A stretch of DNA of 64,000 nucleotides from Lytechinus pictus (lineage: Eukaryota), in assembly GCF_037042905.1 (NCBI RefSeq), contig NC_087250.1:22508001-22572000 (forward strand), in the 5' to 3' direction. Within the stretch, counting starts at the first letter, position 1, and every line of letters starts with the position of its first letter. Made by a program: the position numbers and the translations under genes. Shown in pieces: positions 63,001 to 64,000 of the stretch. The notes below the pieces were generated by a model. That model was not told the DNA's origin, searched no databases, and saw nothing but the letters and a program-made list of their open reading frames with translations.

Positions 63001-63082
63001 ATGTCTAGTCGAGGGAGCAAAGGGGTGGAGAGAGTTCCCATCCAGAGCACTGCGGGTGCTATACCCGTCAAAAATGACAAAG
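63001..63082 (+). CDS. MFAP1: Microfibrillar-associated protein 1 (spliceosomal B-complex factor), first coding exon; gene continues beyond the window
   Basis: MSSRGSKGVERVPIQSTAGAIPVKNDKG|gtaagt matches the conserved MFAP1 N-terminal motif PIQSTAGA(V/I)PV(R/K)N(E/D)KG. The exon probably begins at the acceptor tttactttccag|62844 and includes 5'UTR. Confidence 0.85.
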
Positions 63083-63091
63083 GTAAGTTCT

Positions 63092-63364
63092 GGGCCCCGT
63101 CTTACAAAGTATTGCATTCGATCCAAGCAACCACAACTATGGAAAGCCAGCGACGTCAACATCTAGCTTGTTTGTTTTTTTAATGATATTTTCTAGATAT
63201 GATGTATGTTCATGCATTCACTGTTCTCTTGACGATTCAGTGTGCTTCTCTTTGTTTTCAAAGGACATTGTGCAAATTTCCATAAGAAAAAATTATGGCA
63301 TTGATGGATTTTGATATACTTGAGGTTGATCGGATCAATTGTAACTCTTTGTAAGACAGGACCC
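63092..63364. mobile_element. Harbinger-like MITE (GGGCCCCGTCTTACAAAG family)
   Basis: TIR GGGCCCCGTCTTACAAAG / CTTTGTAAGACAGGACCC. Homologous copies lie at ~13336-13600 and ~39210-39483. Confidence 0.65.
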
Positions 63365-64000
63365 TTGGCAGGTTGCATGAAGCTTAGTGATTGATCGTGG
63401 TGTTGATTTTTACAATTGATCATACACAATAATCAATGCAATTAATTGTAGAATCAGCCCTAAGATCAATTGCTATGCTTTATGTAACAGGGCCTAATTT
63501 TTTCTCTCTAAATTCAACCATATCAGAATCGGACAAAGGCACTAAAAGATTTTCAGACATATTTTGTACATGTAACACTATTTTCATTTATGGGTTGCTG
63601 TTTTTTAAATCATTAGGGTTTTTTTCATAATTTTTACCATTTAATGCAAACAAAGATCACCTGTATTCCAATGCTAATCGACTTCCAATCATAATATTGT
63701 AGGAGTGACACCATACATGTACTGTAGTGACAGAATTACCAGAAAATTGAGCCATTTTCATTGAACAAAAGGTTCAACAAACATGGATTATACCAATATT
63801 GTTATCATTTTAGGATTCAAAGATTTATTTTGGTAATCTGGCTGGGTCTCCTGATGGAAATCAAAACCCAAGAAGAGAAGCAATCTTAATGGAAAGAGTG
63901 AAATGAGAGGAACAATATAGAGCAAGTTTCATCAAAATTGGTTATAAAATAAGAAAGTCTTGTTGTACTTTCTATGGGGATCCTCAAATTGGCAAACATG

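Overview
AT-rich, intron-containing animal genomic DNA. The repeat content looks echinoderm/sea-urchin-like, but that is an impression and was not tested. Four protein-coding genes can be assembled by hand from GT-AG exons with consistent phases: (1) the 3' part of a type I membrane MAM/LDLa-domain protein (+, 14 exons, 45-12371); (2) a dithiol glutaredoxin-2-like gene (+, 19756-28192, CPFC active site, MGxxxS N-terminus); (3) complete VPS26 (-, 9 exons, 41873-54213, 326 aa); (4) the first coding exon of MFAP1 (+, 63001-63082), possibly head-to-head with VPS26. Introns and intergenic DNA are dense with non-autonomous DNA transposons (Kolobok/T2-type TTAA MITEs, Harbinger-like MITEs, hAT-like elements, a 2.9-kb CAC..GTG element with a 4-bp TSD, foldback palindromes), SINE fragments and microsatellites. 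The most unusual pattern is repeated short tandem duplication across exon-intron boundaries ('exon echoes'). It affects 4 of 7 internal VPS26 exons and at least 4 exons of the MAM/LDLa gene, leaving decoy splice sites and two potential in-frame cassette exons. No database searches were run, so family assignments come from recognised motifs only.
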